Positions 38,624 through 53,100 of a stretch of 64,000 nt of DNA are shown piece by piece (position 1 is the first letter of the stretch; the number at the start of each line of letters is the position of its first letter). The translations under genes and the position numbers were made by a program. The stretch comes from Nemertoderma westbladi (lineage: Eukaryota > Animalia > Xenacoelomorpha), in contig JAUCBJ010009042.1 in NCBI GenBank assembly GCA_032718475.1, positions 39,662 through 103,661 of the forward strand, given 5' to 3'. The notes beneath the pieces were generated by a model that saw only the letters and a program-made list of their open reading frames with translations, had not been told where the DNA came from and made no database searches.

Positions 38624-38689
38624 ATAAGAGTTATAGTCTTTATTGCAGTAAGCAATAAAGTTGAAAGTACCGGTCGACCGGTAAACCTG

Positions 38690-39610
38690 AACCGGTACTG
38701 CTGTAGGTCCGTAGGCCCAACTGCCAGAATCGGTACTGCTGTATGTCCGTAGGCCCAACTGCCAGAATTGGTACTGCTGTAGGTCGGTAGGCTTAACTGC
38801 CTGAACCGGTACTGCTGTAGGTCTGTAGGCCCAACTGTCCTAACCGGTACTTCCAGTATAAGTACATTAGTATTATTCGATTTTGATTATTGTATACCGG
38901 TAGGTCTTAATACTTAATCAGGGAACGGCCGCCCTGGTTTTTTATTGAGATTTTACTTATTTCTGTCGGTTTTATTTACATGTAAGTTAATATTGAGCTG
39001 AAGACGTGTAAGTCTGCTCAGATTGTTCAGATAATTGTAGGCTGGACTGTTGTCTGACTGTTGTTGAGTCTGGAGAGATTGCGGCGTGTGTGGAGTTTGT
39101 CCAATAAAGTGCCAGTTAGTAAGTTGGGGCAGCCAGAGCTGTAAGGTCAATCCCCTCTTAAAGAATAAGTCGTACTACCGTGTTAGAACGCATACTAACT
39201 AACCATTTTGGAATCTGCACATACTGTAGTTTATTTAGGCTTGATAGTAGTCTGCCAGCGTTTTTAGTCTGTGTTTGTTTGTGTGGTCTGTTCAGGTACC
39301 GTAATAGTTATTACTCAGATATTTTGTAGGCTGGATTGTTGTCTTGCTATTATTAGGTCTGAAGAGATTGCTGCGTGTGTAGAGTTTGTCTGATAAAGTG
39401 CCAGTTAGTAAGTTGGGGCAGCCAGAGCTGTAAGGTCAATCCCCTCTTAAAGAATAAGTCGTACTACCGTGTTAGAACGCATACTAACTAACCATTTCGG
39501 AATCTGCACATACTGTAGTTTATTTAGGCTTGGTGGTAGTCTGTCAGCGTTTGGTTTGTATTTTGTTTGAGTATTCTGTACGGGTAGCGTAATATTTATT
39601 ATTCAGAGTT
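38690..39610 (+). repeat. Tandem repeats in the E2 5' leader (about 40 bp x4, about 290 bp x2)
   Basis: ggtactgctgtaggtccgtaggcccaactgcc x4 at 38690-38850. 39020-39310 is duplicated at 39315-39610. Confidence 0.85.
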
Positions 39611-40888
39611 TATGTGATTATTCGCAACATTCATGTCCCCAAGTTTATTCCTACAGTAATTGTGCTTGTTACACATACCGTTATAGTTAAATTAACCCCG
39701 GTACTACACGGGCTGCTTGGCGTAGGTAAAGACTGGTGACTTTGTGCTCCGGTCACTCCAGCAGATGCCGTGGTTCTTTTAACTGTTCAAGTATATTTAA
39801 CTACTGATTATTTGTTGTACCAGTACTTGTACCTAATTTAGGGTTTAGTGTACAGTGCTTTCCGAAAGTAATTAGTGCGTGGGCAGTGTATTGTGTTGTA
39901 AAGTGGTTAATAGGCACGTTGGATCTGGTAGTCCGCGGTAATTAACTTCCAGGTAGGAACACTCCGTGATACATAACGTAGTACCTATAGCGATACGGCT
40001 ATAGGTCGTCAGGCGGTGGTATTTTCCTATCTGGACAGTGCAATATATTTACTACTACTTATTATTTTCAAATACCGTAGTACCCTGTCCGTTGTAATAA
40101 CCAGAATTCTAACTCTTTGTTAGGCTGGTTTGTAGACTTCCTGTAAAATTACATTTTTCTTGTAATATTTTGTTGTGTTTAATTAGAGAATTAATCTCAC
40201 CCGTATCGTAAGTAATTTGTAGTATTAAGTAACTTAGGTAAATTAGAATTATCTGTTTTAGTGTCCAATAAGTAGCACTTCACTGAGAGCGCACAGCTTC
40301 TGTGTAGTGACTCCCCCCAGAAATAATAACATTTATTTCAAATATTGACAAAACCCATTTTAAACGGGTATATAAATATTATAAATCAACTCAAACGATT
40401 TATAAATAGTAGGCCTGCCATACAACAACTAGGTCTCAATATCAGTTGGAATACTGCTTAAATAACGGTAATAAAGTAAGTTAAAGTAACTAGGTAACCT
40501 TTAAATTCAGAAATTCAATTATTTAAATAATTGGTATACCGGTATTCACGATAGGCCTATTATCTTTATTTCTATAAATTTAGGCTGAAATTATACCGGT
40601 ATTCTGTAATTAATTCTAGTTCATAATTATACTTATATATACTATAAGTGTAAGCTGCAGACCGGTATTCACGATAGGCCTATTATATATTTATATATAT
40701 TTGTGCTAAAATTATATACCGGTACTCTGTGACAAACCTAGTTTACAATACTTATATATACTATAAGTGTATACCGGTATTCTAATATACTGTAATAAAT
40801 TACCGGTACTAGGCCAACGGTCATACTGAATTACTAGACTTGCTTTAACTGTAACTATAGCAGTAAGCATTCAACTGTATAGCTAAAC

Positions 40889-43800
40889 ATGTCTGACACC
40901 CAGCAAAACCTGTCAGACAGTCTAATCGATACAACCATCTGTGAGACAGATAGGAGTGTGGAGCGATTAAGAAAGGAGTTCAGCTCACCTCCTACTGAAA
41001 GAAAGGTCATCCCTCCAGTAGTAGTATCAGACCCTAAGCTAATCCAACACCGTAGGTCTATCATCGGCACTCGGGCCAAGGTCAAACGGAACCAGGAAGC
41101 AGCTGTCCAACAGCAGCAACAGCCTAGTCAAGAAACTCGTTCCCAGCGACCCGATAGCTCCAGTAGTTCGGATACTGTAGAGCTGACCCCCGAACGCGGA
41201 GTGCAGATGGCGGCTACAGCCTACTCGGATCCCCTTCTCACCCTTCCTGCCGCAGTGCTAACTACAATATTGATTGCGGTGGAGGAACACCAAGTCGATT
41301 GGGCGAGAAGTAAGCGAGCGACCCAAGATAGTTATGCGGGATACGCCAGGGAAGAATTGATGTCTATTGTCGAGTCACAATGGAACTTTCCCGGACCCGG
41401 ACTCCCGTTAGCTTTGTCCGAAGCTACTTGGGAAGATATACACAGGATGGGAGTAGCTAAAGATACGATGGATCCAGCTGTTTGGAAGAGGTCGGCAGCA
41501 GGATGTGTGCAGGGATTCTTCGGCTCCTTGGAGCGATTAGAAGAACAACTGTTTCGACAACCCCAAAGACCTCAAGAGCAGGAAGAGCTGCTATATCAAG
41601 TACGCGAAAAAAACCTACGCATTAGACTAATCCTATCAGCCTTTGAGGAAACTTCCAAAAGAAGACAGGACACGTCGTTGCAGGTTGCTGTCAAGACTTG
41701 GTTCCAGCGGGTGGGTCTCAAAGTACAAGAAACGGCCCAGTGGAAATCCCAGCTGGCGGAGCGACCAACCTATGAAGAATCAACTGATGCCACCTTTTCT
41801 CAAGAGGAAAGCGAAGTGACCGCAGGGAGACCGCGAACGAGAGACGCCATAGACATCTATCTGTCAGACTATCAACGTTTCCTAGGTGATGAAGAATTGA
41901 GGAGACGACTGGCTGGACTTCGCCCCAATAGTGAAGGAGCCAAGCTTGTGTTGGACTCAATCGATGAGGAAATGTTAGCTGCAAACCAAGCTAAATTTGA
42001 TGAAAAACTCCGCCTCGCTAGAGTCCAAGAAGAACAAATAAAGAAAAAACGGATAGAGGACAGAAAGGCAGTAGCAGCGGCGAAAGCGGCAGCGGCAGTG
42101 GAAGAGGCAAAAGCGGCAGCGGCAGTGGAAGCGGCAAAGGCAGTAGCATCGGCGAAAGCGGCAGAGGCAGTAGCAGAAGCAAAAGCGGCAGCGGCAGTGG
42201 AAGCAGCCAAAGCAGCAGCAGCAATGGCATTGGCAGACGCAGAACAGAGAGCGTCTGAAGAGACCACACAACTGGAGTTGGAAAATCTTCAAGAGACGCA
42301 AGACTGCATAAATAAACAGTTAACTGCTAGTCAAATGCAGATGAGGAGTCGATCTACTCCCAAGCGCCAAGGATACACATCATCGGAGGAAGGCGAGACC
42401 ACCCATCCTGAGGGCGGAGGAAATAGATCTCGTCTAGGCAGGCGTAGAAAAACATCTCACCGTCACAAATTGCCTGATTTGCCCCCAGCGGTTAGAAGAC
42501 AACTAGATAGCACAGACTTAGGTAGTACAGAACCCACAGAACAAATTATTCATGTCAAAGGACTCCCTACAATAGTTGATGAGCCTGAAATAATTGGGCC
42601 TGTCGTTACCAAAGCCACTCCTGTGCTAGAGACCCCTGTACTTCCAGAGCTTAACTCTAAATTTCCTTTACACAGTTCTACACTGCCTGTACCCGGTAGA
42701 ACAGTCCATGAGAATATCCCTGTCCTGGAAGCTGAGAGAGAAATCAAAGATTTGTCTCCCGTCGTCCCACGTCAGCCCGCTACAATGTTGGCGACTCCCG
42801 CTTCGGCGGTCGAGTGGGTAGAGGAGGGACGGCGGGGGATGAATCTCCTGCTCGGACAGATGCAGGAGACTGTCTACCAACTTAAGGGAACAGTAAGGGA
42901 AAGTAGGGCAGAATTGCAAGAAGTGAAGCAAAGCATCGCGCTAGAACGTGACAAATTAGTCAATATACAAAAGGGTATACCAATACCCCCAGTAACATTG
43001 TGTCAACCTGTTAGGTCTGAAGTATTACATGCGCAAGGTGTGGAGCCTACACGCATCTATACTGCTAGTGAAGTAGAAACTCCTATAGCAAACCCTATTA
43101 GGGGTGATTATAAACCTGTTGTTAATGATATTCCCTATAGAACTGATAATGATCCAAGAAATTTATATACCGATAATTCGATATTAAATAACACGATGGC
43201 CCAAGAAAGCTTTATGCGTCAGATGGCTAGAACAGAAGCCCGCCAAGCGGTCAAAGTGGGAGAGATCGTCAAATTCAATGGAGATGAGATGAAATGGTTA
43301 CCTTTCAATGAATATTACAAAGATAGCATACAGAACTCTGTACTATCTAACGGAGAGAAACTTAGGTTCCTCATCAAGTGTTTGGAAGGACCTCCCAAGT
43401 TAATGGCGTTAAAGTTTATTGGACATCCAGAAGGATTAAGACAAGTTTGGGATACATTAAACATCAGGTATGGTAACAAGGATAACATAGCTAAGTATTT
43501 GTATGCAAAATTAGTAGCCCCCCGAAACTTCCTTAGTAGCGGGATTATAGAGTTTTCCGATGAGATTCAGGGGATCTGTAGACAATTGGACTGGTTAGGT
43601 AAGTCTCATGAATATCAGAGTTCCATGGTTATTGGAGCAGTAGTCTCTACTTTACCAAAGGGTGGAGTATGTACACGCTGGGACAAGAAAGTGTTGTATA
43701 TGAATGAGCAGCAACGACGAAGCCCTACCATGGCTGATCTCATGTCCTTCTTAGATGGTGAAGTAAAACTACAACTCATCAAGCAGTCCAGAGAAAAAAC

Positions 43801-46800
43801 ATCGGAAAATAAGGTAAGTGAGAAACCCGTTTCTAGGAGAAGAGTCACACCGGTGTGTTACACTGACGACGGCGAAAGCCAAGCTTCTCAAGAAGAGGAC
43901 AGCGGGAAAGACACTGACAAATTTTACTACGTTAACAAAACCCCAAAAGACGTAAGTAAATACAAGGCTCGAACCAACGATTGGAGAGAACAGGTTGCCA
44001 AGACCCCTCCTCAGTCTCCTAACAGAATGCACGGAAGAAAGCCCGAAGAAAGAACGAGAGTGCATCAGGTTACCCAAGGTAAAGTGAGTAACATAAAACC
44101 TAACTGTGCGCTGTGCGACGGGACCCACCGTTTGAGTGCGTGTGCTGAATTTCTAAAGAAATCCCTTGTAGACAGACGTGCAGTCGTGTGGGATAAGCGG
44201 TTATGCTATAATTGCCTCAGACCAGGACACCAACGGCGAACCTGTTACTCCGACGTAAAGTGTGCAAAGTGTGGCGCGAAACATCACATCTTGTTACACA
44301 GTGAGTTCGAACGAGACAACCCGAGTCAGGTAAGTGAGCCCGAACTACATGTCCAATTCAGTGATGTAAATGACACTGATCAAGAATCTGAGATGGAAGG
44401 ATTCTATACTGACGAATTCTCCGACGCCAACGAATCCTGTTATCTAATCAATACCGCGGTGTATCGAGCACTTACTTATGAAAAGGACACCGACAATGAG
44501 TTCCCCCCAACTACTTTTGCCAGACAACCATCTTGGAAAGCTCCAACTTCCAACGTAGGAATCAGAGAATTTCCTGTAGTGCAGGTAAGAGTTCATGGTC
44601 CTAACAAAAGTTACATAGTGAACGCCCTCCTTGACTCCGGCAGCACAGGAACATTCATCGATCAAGAACTAGCCGAAGATATCTTTGCTAGACAACCCAA
44701 ATTCCGGACTAAATTGAATATGTCAGGAATTATGCAGGTTTGGAAATCTACCCTAACGGCAGATTACTATGTAGGTGTGTTGTCCACCCCCCAGGATAAA
44801 TTAGGAGCACAAGGTATAAGGTCGGTAAAAATGGTGGCTATAAAGAACTTCGCTACTACTCAAGCAGACCTTTATAATTGGGACGAGGATGAGAGCATCC
44901 AACATCTTAAGATACCTCGATTCCAGACAGATTATCCTGGATTGCAAATACTCATCGGCCAAAACGCGCATGAGGCGCTCGAGACATTGGAGAAACGGCC
45001 TGCTCAACCGCAGCCACTGCAAACCTATGCGGTAAGAACTAGAGTAGGTTGGTACTTTACTGGCCCTTCCCGCAAAACTCTCGAAGAGAGAATGCCACAA
45101 GAACGAATATACCAAGTAAACGATTGGGAAGTGGAGAGCGGTGAGGTGGACGAACTAACTGAGGGAACACCATACTCCTCAGATAATGACGACATCTAAC
45201 AACTCTTCGATGAAGAGAACACAATCGACCTACTTACAGAAAACAAAACTTGGAAAAATCAGGTGAACCTATGTCAACTGATTCGCCCATCGGGACCCAT
45301 TGATTACAATGACGAACTAAATGACGAGATAGAGCGCTACAACGTTAGAACTCGGGACGAACTCGCCGTACGATTCTTTACTCAAGAATTGGTAGAGCCC
45401 AATTCATACGATAAGGCCCTATCGATAGAAGAAGAAAGAGCCAAGCAAATCCAGGAAACAACTACACGTTTTTTAAAAGATCAAGGTAGATATGAAATCG
45501 GACTACCGTTTCGAAAACGAGAAACTAGATTTATAAATAACAGACCCTTGGCAGAGAAAAGAATCACTCAATTACATCGACGCCTTACGGCTAATGCTTC
45601 AGCTAAAGAAATGTACCAAACTCAGTTGAAGAAATTTATTACAAAGGGATACGCTGAGCGAGTACCGGAAGGAACACCAGTGACTGAGAGAACGTATTAC
45701 TTAACACATCATTACGTTCCCAAACCCGGTAAACCCCATGAAGTACGAGTCGTATTCGATGGCTCCGCTCTATATATGGGCCAATCCCTCAATTCCGAGT
45801 TGTTACCAGGACCCAACTTACTCCAATCTTTGTTGGGAATACTTTTAAGATTAAGACAATATTCCATTGCGTTCGCCTCCGATATAGAAGGAATGTTCTT
45901 ACAAGTCAAGGCGCTGGATAGAAATAGAGACAGCCTGAGATTTCTGTGGTGGCCTGAAGGAGATCTCAACCAGAAACCGGTAGAGTACTGGATGACCATC
46001 CAGGCTTTTGGGATCATATCAAGCCCTTCCAACGCCTGCTCCGTGGTGCGGACCACTGCGAATGACAACCGAGACGCCTTCTCAAAAGAGGTGATAGACA
46101 ACATCGAGCGTAATATATACATGGACGATAATTTAAGGTCCCTTCCATCAGTAGAAGAAGCCATTGATGTCGCGAAAGGAACAGTAGAGTGTTTGAAAAG
46201 AGGTGGATTTCGACTGACGAAATTCACCAGCAACTCCCGTGAGTTTCTGGAAGCGATACCGGTAGAAGACCGAGGAGCGAAAGACCTAGACTTAATAAAG
46301 GATGATCTTCCAGAAACCAAGACGCTTGGCTTGAAGTGGGACACTGAAAGAGATATCCTGTTTTTTCAGCTCAAACAGCGAGATAATCCAGTTCGGACCA
46401 AACGGATTTGTTTAAGTACCCTGAGCACTTATTTCGACCCATTGGGATTTATTAGCCCAGTTATATTGATTGCTCGGAGTTTAGTACAACAAATGTGGCT
46501 TGAAAACCACTCATGGGACGATCCGCTTAAGGGAGAACTGTTAAAGAAATGGATGAAATGGGAAGATTCTCTACCTGCCATCGAGAGCTTTATAATTTCC
46601 CGTGCATATTTTGGTCATGTTCTCCCTACTTATTCCTATCAACTCCATGTGTTTGGAGACGCCAGCGACATGGGAATAGGTATAGTGGCATATCTGCAAG
46701 TCGAAACTCCGGATGGAATCAAGGTCGCCTTGGTTACCTCTAAGGCATTGATTAACAACAAGTTAAAGGTTCCTCGAGCGGAGTTAAAGGCGGCTTTATA

Positions 46801-49003
46801 CGCTACAGCCATCGGCCGGAATGTAACAGAACAAATCGACTATCCACTGGAGAAAACTGTTTATTGGACCGACGCTTTACTCGTGTTGGAGTATATAACC
46901 AATGAAGTCTGTCAGTTCAGCGTTTTTGTTACTAACAGGGTAGCTATTATTCTTAGTCGCACAAAGATAGATCAATGGAGACATTGCCCTGGTACGATTA
47001 ATCCAGCCGATATCGCCTCCAGGGGAGCGACTCCACAGGAACTGATAGATACTCCAGACTGGTTGGGTGGACCCGACTTCCTGAGCAAGGAAGAGGATGA
47101 ATGGCCTCCTCACCTTACTACGGCGGAGATTAGACAAGCCAAGGGAGTGGAGACAGTCAAACCTAAAACCCGGGCGAGTAAATCGAAGTTATTTAAACCG
47201 ACGATCGATCTATCTGTATTACATACTTCCGGAAACGATGCGTCGGATCCACAATCCCTCGCCACAAGTAAGTCTGTTGCGGAAATTAGAGATAGAGATT
47301 GGAAATCTGGAATACCAGACATCTCGCAAGGAATCTCACCCCTGCTGCAGAGAGCAATGCATCACTACAGTTCCTGGAATCGGCTCTGTAAAGCCGTCAC
47401 GTATTTAAGGAGATGTTTTTATCATCACTATTCCAGGACGAAGACCATTAGTGATACCGCTCCATTGACATCTGCGCAAGTTTATGTTATTAAAAATTTA
47501 CCCAAATATAAGACATCCGACCGGTTTCTAAAGGAGAAAATTAGTTAGCAGGAGCATGAAGAAACCAATAAGCAGATACTGAGACTCCTGCAATGCTATG
47601 AGGATTCCGATAAGTATTTCCTGTTGTTGAGAAATCCGCAGATGCGCTTAAGGGATCGATTCTCTAGCACAATGATAGATGGGTTAATACGTGTTGGAGG
47701 AAGGCTCACCAATGCGCCATTATCCTTTGACACTAAATTCCCCATACTCATTAGAAATCTTGAAGTACAAATCAAGATGATTGTAGATGTTCACAGTAAA
47801 CTTTATCATGCTGGTAGAGAACGAGTTCTTAGCGAAATTCGAACTCGCTATTATTTTGATAAACCCCGTAGAGCTCTGAACCAAGTTCTTAGGAACTGCA
47901 TACCCTGTAGGAAAGCATTCAGTAGGCCTTTAACACAGCGAGAGGCAGAATTACCTAGGGAACGAGTAAGCTTCTATGAACCACCTTTTACTAATACTGG
48001 TGTAGATTTATTTGGCCCTATTGAAGTATATCGTGCTAGGACTATAGTCAAGAGATGGTGTGTCATCTTCGTATGCATGACTTGTAGAGCCATCCATCTC
48101 GATATGGTGAACGATCTATCTACCAACAGCTTCGTCTTAAGTTTACGCCGACAATTCGCTCGCTTCGGGACGAGTAATACCATGAGATCGGATAAGGGAA
48201 CGAACTTCATTGGTGCCAACAACGAAATACAGGCTTACGTGAAGGACTGGAACCAAAGACAGGTGGACGATCAGCTAAGGATAACAGCGTCTAGCTGGAC
48301 CTTCAACGCCGCCGACGCCCCTTGGTGGGGAGGAAGTTGGGAGAGATTAATTAGAAGTGTCAAGACCGCATTTCACTTTATAGTGCCATGCCGCGCGTAT
48401 CTCACGAACGAACTTTTGCGGACATTAATGGAGGAAATAGCTGCCTATCTCAACGAGAGACCGCTTATGCCAGTCTCATCGAGTCCCGATTCCCTGGAAG
48501 CGCTAACACCCGCGCACTTCCTACTGAAGAAACCTGTAGCCATGCTCCCACGATCGGAGATTGCCGACGGAGACGAATACTGCCGTCGAACTTGGCAACT
48601 TATGCAGTTGCTATCCCATCGTTTCGCTGACCATTTCGAGAAACATTATCTGCCCACGCTACAACTTCGAACTAAGTGGTTTGCGCAGCAAGAAAACGTC
48701 AGCGCCGGAGATATGGTGCTTATTGTAGATTCAGACCTCCCACGTAAACGGTGGCAGACAGGTCGTATCATCGAGACTCACATCTCGGATGATGGTTTAG
48801 TACGCTCGGTAGAACTCGTCGTCATGCGGCGTAACTTCAAGAAGCCAGGCATAATCTTTGAGACGCAACAACTCAACCGCCCAGTTGGTCGTTTATGTTT
48901 ACTGGAAAGAGACAGAGAACTCTCCGGAAACTATGGAAGGCAAGACACTCTTCCCACGACCACCTCCCTAATTCCTCAAACATCTAGGGACTCCCCAATG
49001 TGA
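40889..49003 (+). pseudogene. gag-pol: E2 Gag-Pol single reading frame with two in-frame stops (45197-99 TAA, 47546-48 TAG)
   Basis: Three ORFs in one frame. Gag FNGDEMKW, CALCDGTH, CYNCLRPGH, CAKCGAKHHILLH. Protease ALLDSGST. RT DIEGMFLQ and YMDD. RNase H VFGDAS and NPADIASRG. Integrase GVDLFGP, SDKGTNF and GSWERLI. Confidence 0.93.
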
Positions 49004-49009
49004 TACGTC

Positions 49010-50085
49010 TGTTTCACTGCATTCAGTGAAAAAGTGGGGTTTCAAATTATTTCACTGCATTCAGTCAAATTTGTGGGAACTTCCATTTCTGCTTTCAATA
49101 ATGTTTTCAGTTTTAGCGGTCCCAATATCAAATAACCCACCCAATTTCAATAACCAGTACAAACAAAGAAGACTGTCGCATTCATTACTTCTTTAATCTA
49201 CTTGTCAAATTACAGAACTATATACATAAACAAAACATACAACCATATCTCGAACTGTCGAAAGTAGTAAAGTTACGTAAAGATTCGAACCAGTTCATAT
49301 CCCATTTGTACCGGTAATTAAGATATATAATCACTATATAAATCAAAAGGAATTATATATACAAGTTCATGGTGTATTTACGGCCTATTAAATTAGACTG
49401 TTGAATACAGGTATATATAGAGAAATTGGATTGGTACCGGTATTATTACTTTTGTACACCAAACATTAATCCGGTACTCTTAATACAAAATATATTAAGA
49501 CAGCTGAATACAGGTATATATAGAGAAACTGGATTGGTACCGGTATTAATACTTTTGTACACCAAACATTAATCAGATACTCTTAATACAAAATATATTA
49601 AGACAGCTGAATACAGGTATATATAGAGAAACTGGATTGGTACCGGTATTATTACTTTTGTACACCAAATATTAATCAGGTACCCTTAATACAAATATAT
49701 TACCGTCCTATACGACGGTACGTTATTTCATTTTAGTACAGTATTGTTAGAATGACGGGTTAAGATCAATAATACAACTAAGAATACTCTAAAGTGTATT
49801 ATTACGGTACTTGTACGGCGGTTATGGTACTGCAGTAAAGTTACTGCAGTAAGCCGGTAACGGTACAGTGGTTACATAATGGCCCTTGGCCTACTGCCTT
49901 AGCCTACATGATGTAGTAACATAATATCGCACCCATCACCAGTCTGCCAGTCGTAATTAACCTATTTCTGTTTCAGTCCAACAAATTAGAATTAAAAGCA
50001 ATAGGCTCGTTCTTCATGCCCTTCTATATACAGACTGCTGAATGCAGACCGCAAATTGAGCCATGGCCTAATACTGAGCGAAACA
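49010..50085 (-). repeat. E3 3' LTR (contains three tandem units of about 103 bp)
   Basis: About 2 differences from the 5' LTR. Confidence 0.96.
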
Positions 50086-50148
50086 CCTCCCACCCGAGTC
50101 TATGCTTTTAAATTTGAAATAGATTTTAATCTATTCAGAATTCTTTTT

Positions 50149-53100
50149 TCAATAATTTCCAATCAAAGCTTCACTCTTACTTTCATCTAGTTTACTTTCA
50201 GTTTCAGTCTGCCCAGCTGGAAGCAATAATACAAGAGATCGAACATCACGATTCACCTTTGTATATGCACGACCCTTATAACGATATACAGGTTCCTTAG
50301 CAAAGTTCTTGTAACCAATATCTACGCGCCGGACAATGTCCTTGCTATCTGGATAGACACATAGCACAATGGCAATACGATAATCACCCTTTAATGTAGA
50401 CTCCTTCGGTTGAACTAAAACAACATCTCCAACCTGTAGGTTTCTGTAAGTTACATTAGTAGAATTCAGAGCTTGTTTAACCAGTTTTACAGCAGATTCT
50501 GCTGCTCCGTTTGCATGCGGAGCACCTGGAGCATGGAATTTCCATTCCATTTTATCATCTAAAGATAGCCGTGTTTTTCTTCTTATTTCATCACGATCTA
50601 ATGATTTGTAGTATTGAGCTAGTTCAGAAGCTGCTCCACTGAGCTGACTTCCTGGGTCAGAGTAAATTATACTTGGAGAACCCCTTAGAGCTTGAAATCG
50701 AGCAAAAGCTACCATAAATGCTTCAGTCCCATAATTACATGCAATTTCAACATGGATAGCCCGGGATGCAAGACATGTTAATACAACTCCCCAACCTTTG
50801 CCATAACTTCGTTTATTCACTTCCCCTTTCAAAACTAAAGGGCCAAATAAATCTAAAGATGTATATTTGAATGGTGGACTTGGGCTTGTACGACAAATAG
50901 GTAGCTCAGCCATTACCTGTTGAAGAGACTTTGGTTTCAATCGCTTACATAATACACAACTGTATACTATACGTTTAACTAGTGTCCTTCCTCGAATTAT
51001 CCACACAACAGATCTCACTTTAGCCCAGGTACCTTCCACTCCCCGATGGCCTCGTTGATGAGCAGATCGTACAAGTAGATTTGCTATATAACCACGGGTT
51101 AGTATTGGGACACCAACACCAGGTGTAATACTATCAGTTCCAACACGACCACTTGTTTTCAGTACATTTGTCAATTTATCTTTATAAGCCACTAGGTTGT
51201 GTATAGTGGAGTTGGGAATTTCATTTTGCTGAGATAAGTAAATAATCCATTCAGCTTCTTTAATTTCCATCGGTGTAAGTATCATATACTTGCGACCATT
51301 TCCTCCCACCTTGACTGGTGGAGTTAGATTAGGTATTGATAGCTTCCCTTGTTTACTTCGCAATTTATTTAGCCACCACTCGCAGCACACTTTAACCGCA
51401 GCAACACAATGCGCCAATTTTCTAAACTCACTGAATTTTCTTGGGTCAATTGTTTCAATAAAGGAGGTTGAATTAACTTTATAATACATTTTACTGATTT
51501 CATGCTCCGTAGTATTTGCAGTTGTTACTTGTGTAAATGCCTTTCTATGAATTTTCAGAACCTCCAGTTGTCCTTCTGATGAAACATTAGTTTCAATTGG
51601 CCAATTTGCTTCTGACTCCAACAGCCACAAAGGTCCTTGATGAAAGAATGAGTCATTCTGGACATAATCAGACGTAGAACCCCTTGTCACTAGATCAGCT
51701 GGATTGTCTTCTCCCTTTACCCATGACCAATCATTGGGATCTGATACCGTTTGAATTTCACCAACTCTATTTGCAAAAAATGTCTGATATCCATAACTAT
51801 CCTTCTTGATTGCACCAAGCACAGTCATTGAATCAACAAAGTGATAGAATCGACTATATTGCATTTTTGTACACTTTAAGTGATTTACTCGAAGCCTGGC
51901 TGCAAAAACTGCACCATTCATTTCAGTTTTTACTACATCTCCTTTGAAATTCAAAGGTGCCAGTTTACCTTTTGCTTCTATAAATCTCACCAAATACTGA
52001 TCACTTTCGCCACATTGCCATCGTATGTATAACACAGCCCCACTAGCTTTCTCTGAACCGTCAGAAAATGTTATTAGTATCGGGGATTTCAAATAAATAT
52101 CAGGTTTCAAGCTCCGTGGAAATCGCAATTGATTAACATTAATAAATTGTTCTAGAACATATATCCATTTAGGAACCAACTTCTCATCAATTGGGTCATC
52201 CCAACCTGTTATTTTACCTTCTTTGGTTTTACACATCTGCCATGTTTCTCTAAATAATATTGCACCTTTCATCTTCACGGGAAGAACAAATCCAGGTGGA
52301 TCAAACAAACCAGCATATTGACTCAGGAGTATACGTTTTGTTATCTTTGGTGGTAAGTTTTCTAATACTTCACCAGTTTTGACATTATCATCTTGTCTAA
52401 TCTTACCAACTTTCTTTCCAAAATTAACAGATGATCGTACATACAACTCATCTTTAATTGTATCATAACCCAGACCAAGGGCGCCAGTTTCATCATTTCC
52501 TATTGAATGTAATAATTTGACAGTTGAGGTCTCAGTCTCAAGAGCCTGCCCAGATGTCAACCAATGCTTTATCTTAAAACCACCATAGGTTAATATTTCT
52601 GTTGCTTCTTCCTGCAACTTTACAATTTCTTCCATTGTATCACGAGAATCCATAATATCATCTACAAATGAACTATTCTTTATCGTATCCACAGTTGTTG
52701 GATAGCATCTAAACTTTTCCATACCTGCAGTATTTGACACAGTCTGCATAGATATCGATGGTGCTGGTTTATCACCCATATTCACTCGTAAACAGACATA
52801 TGTTTCAATTTTATCCTTTTCATTTTCTCTCCATAGAAACCGTTTCATATGTATCTCATTATCATCCAGGTAAACAGAATTAAACATCTTCTTTATGTCA
52901 CCAATAGTAGCAAATACACCTTCTCTAAATCGTTGAAGTACAAAGGGTAGTGGGTTTAAAACGTCAGGTCCTTTAGCAAGAACAGAAATCAATGATACCC
53001 CTTTATATATTTGGCTACTGTTCTATACAAGTCTAACTGGTGTTGATTTACTATGTGGGTTTAGGGCAACTTGATGAGAAACATACCAAACTGGTCCATG

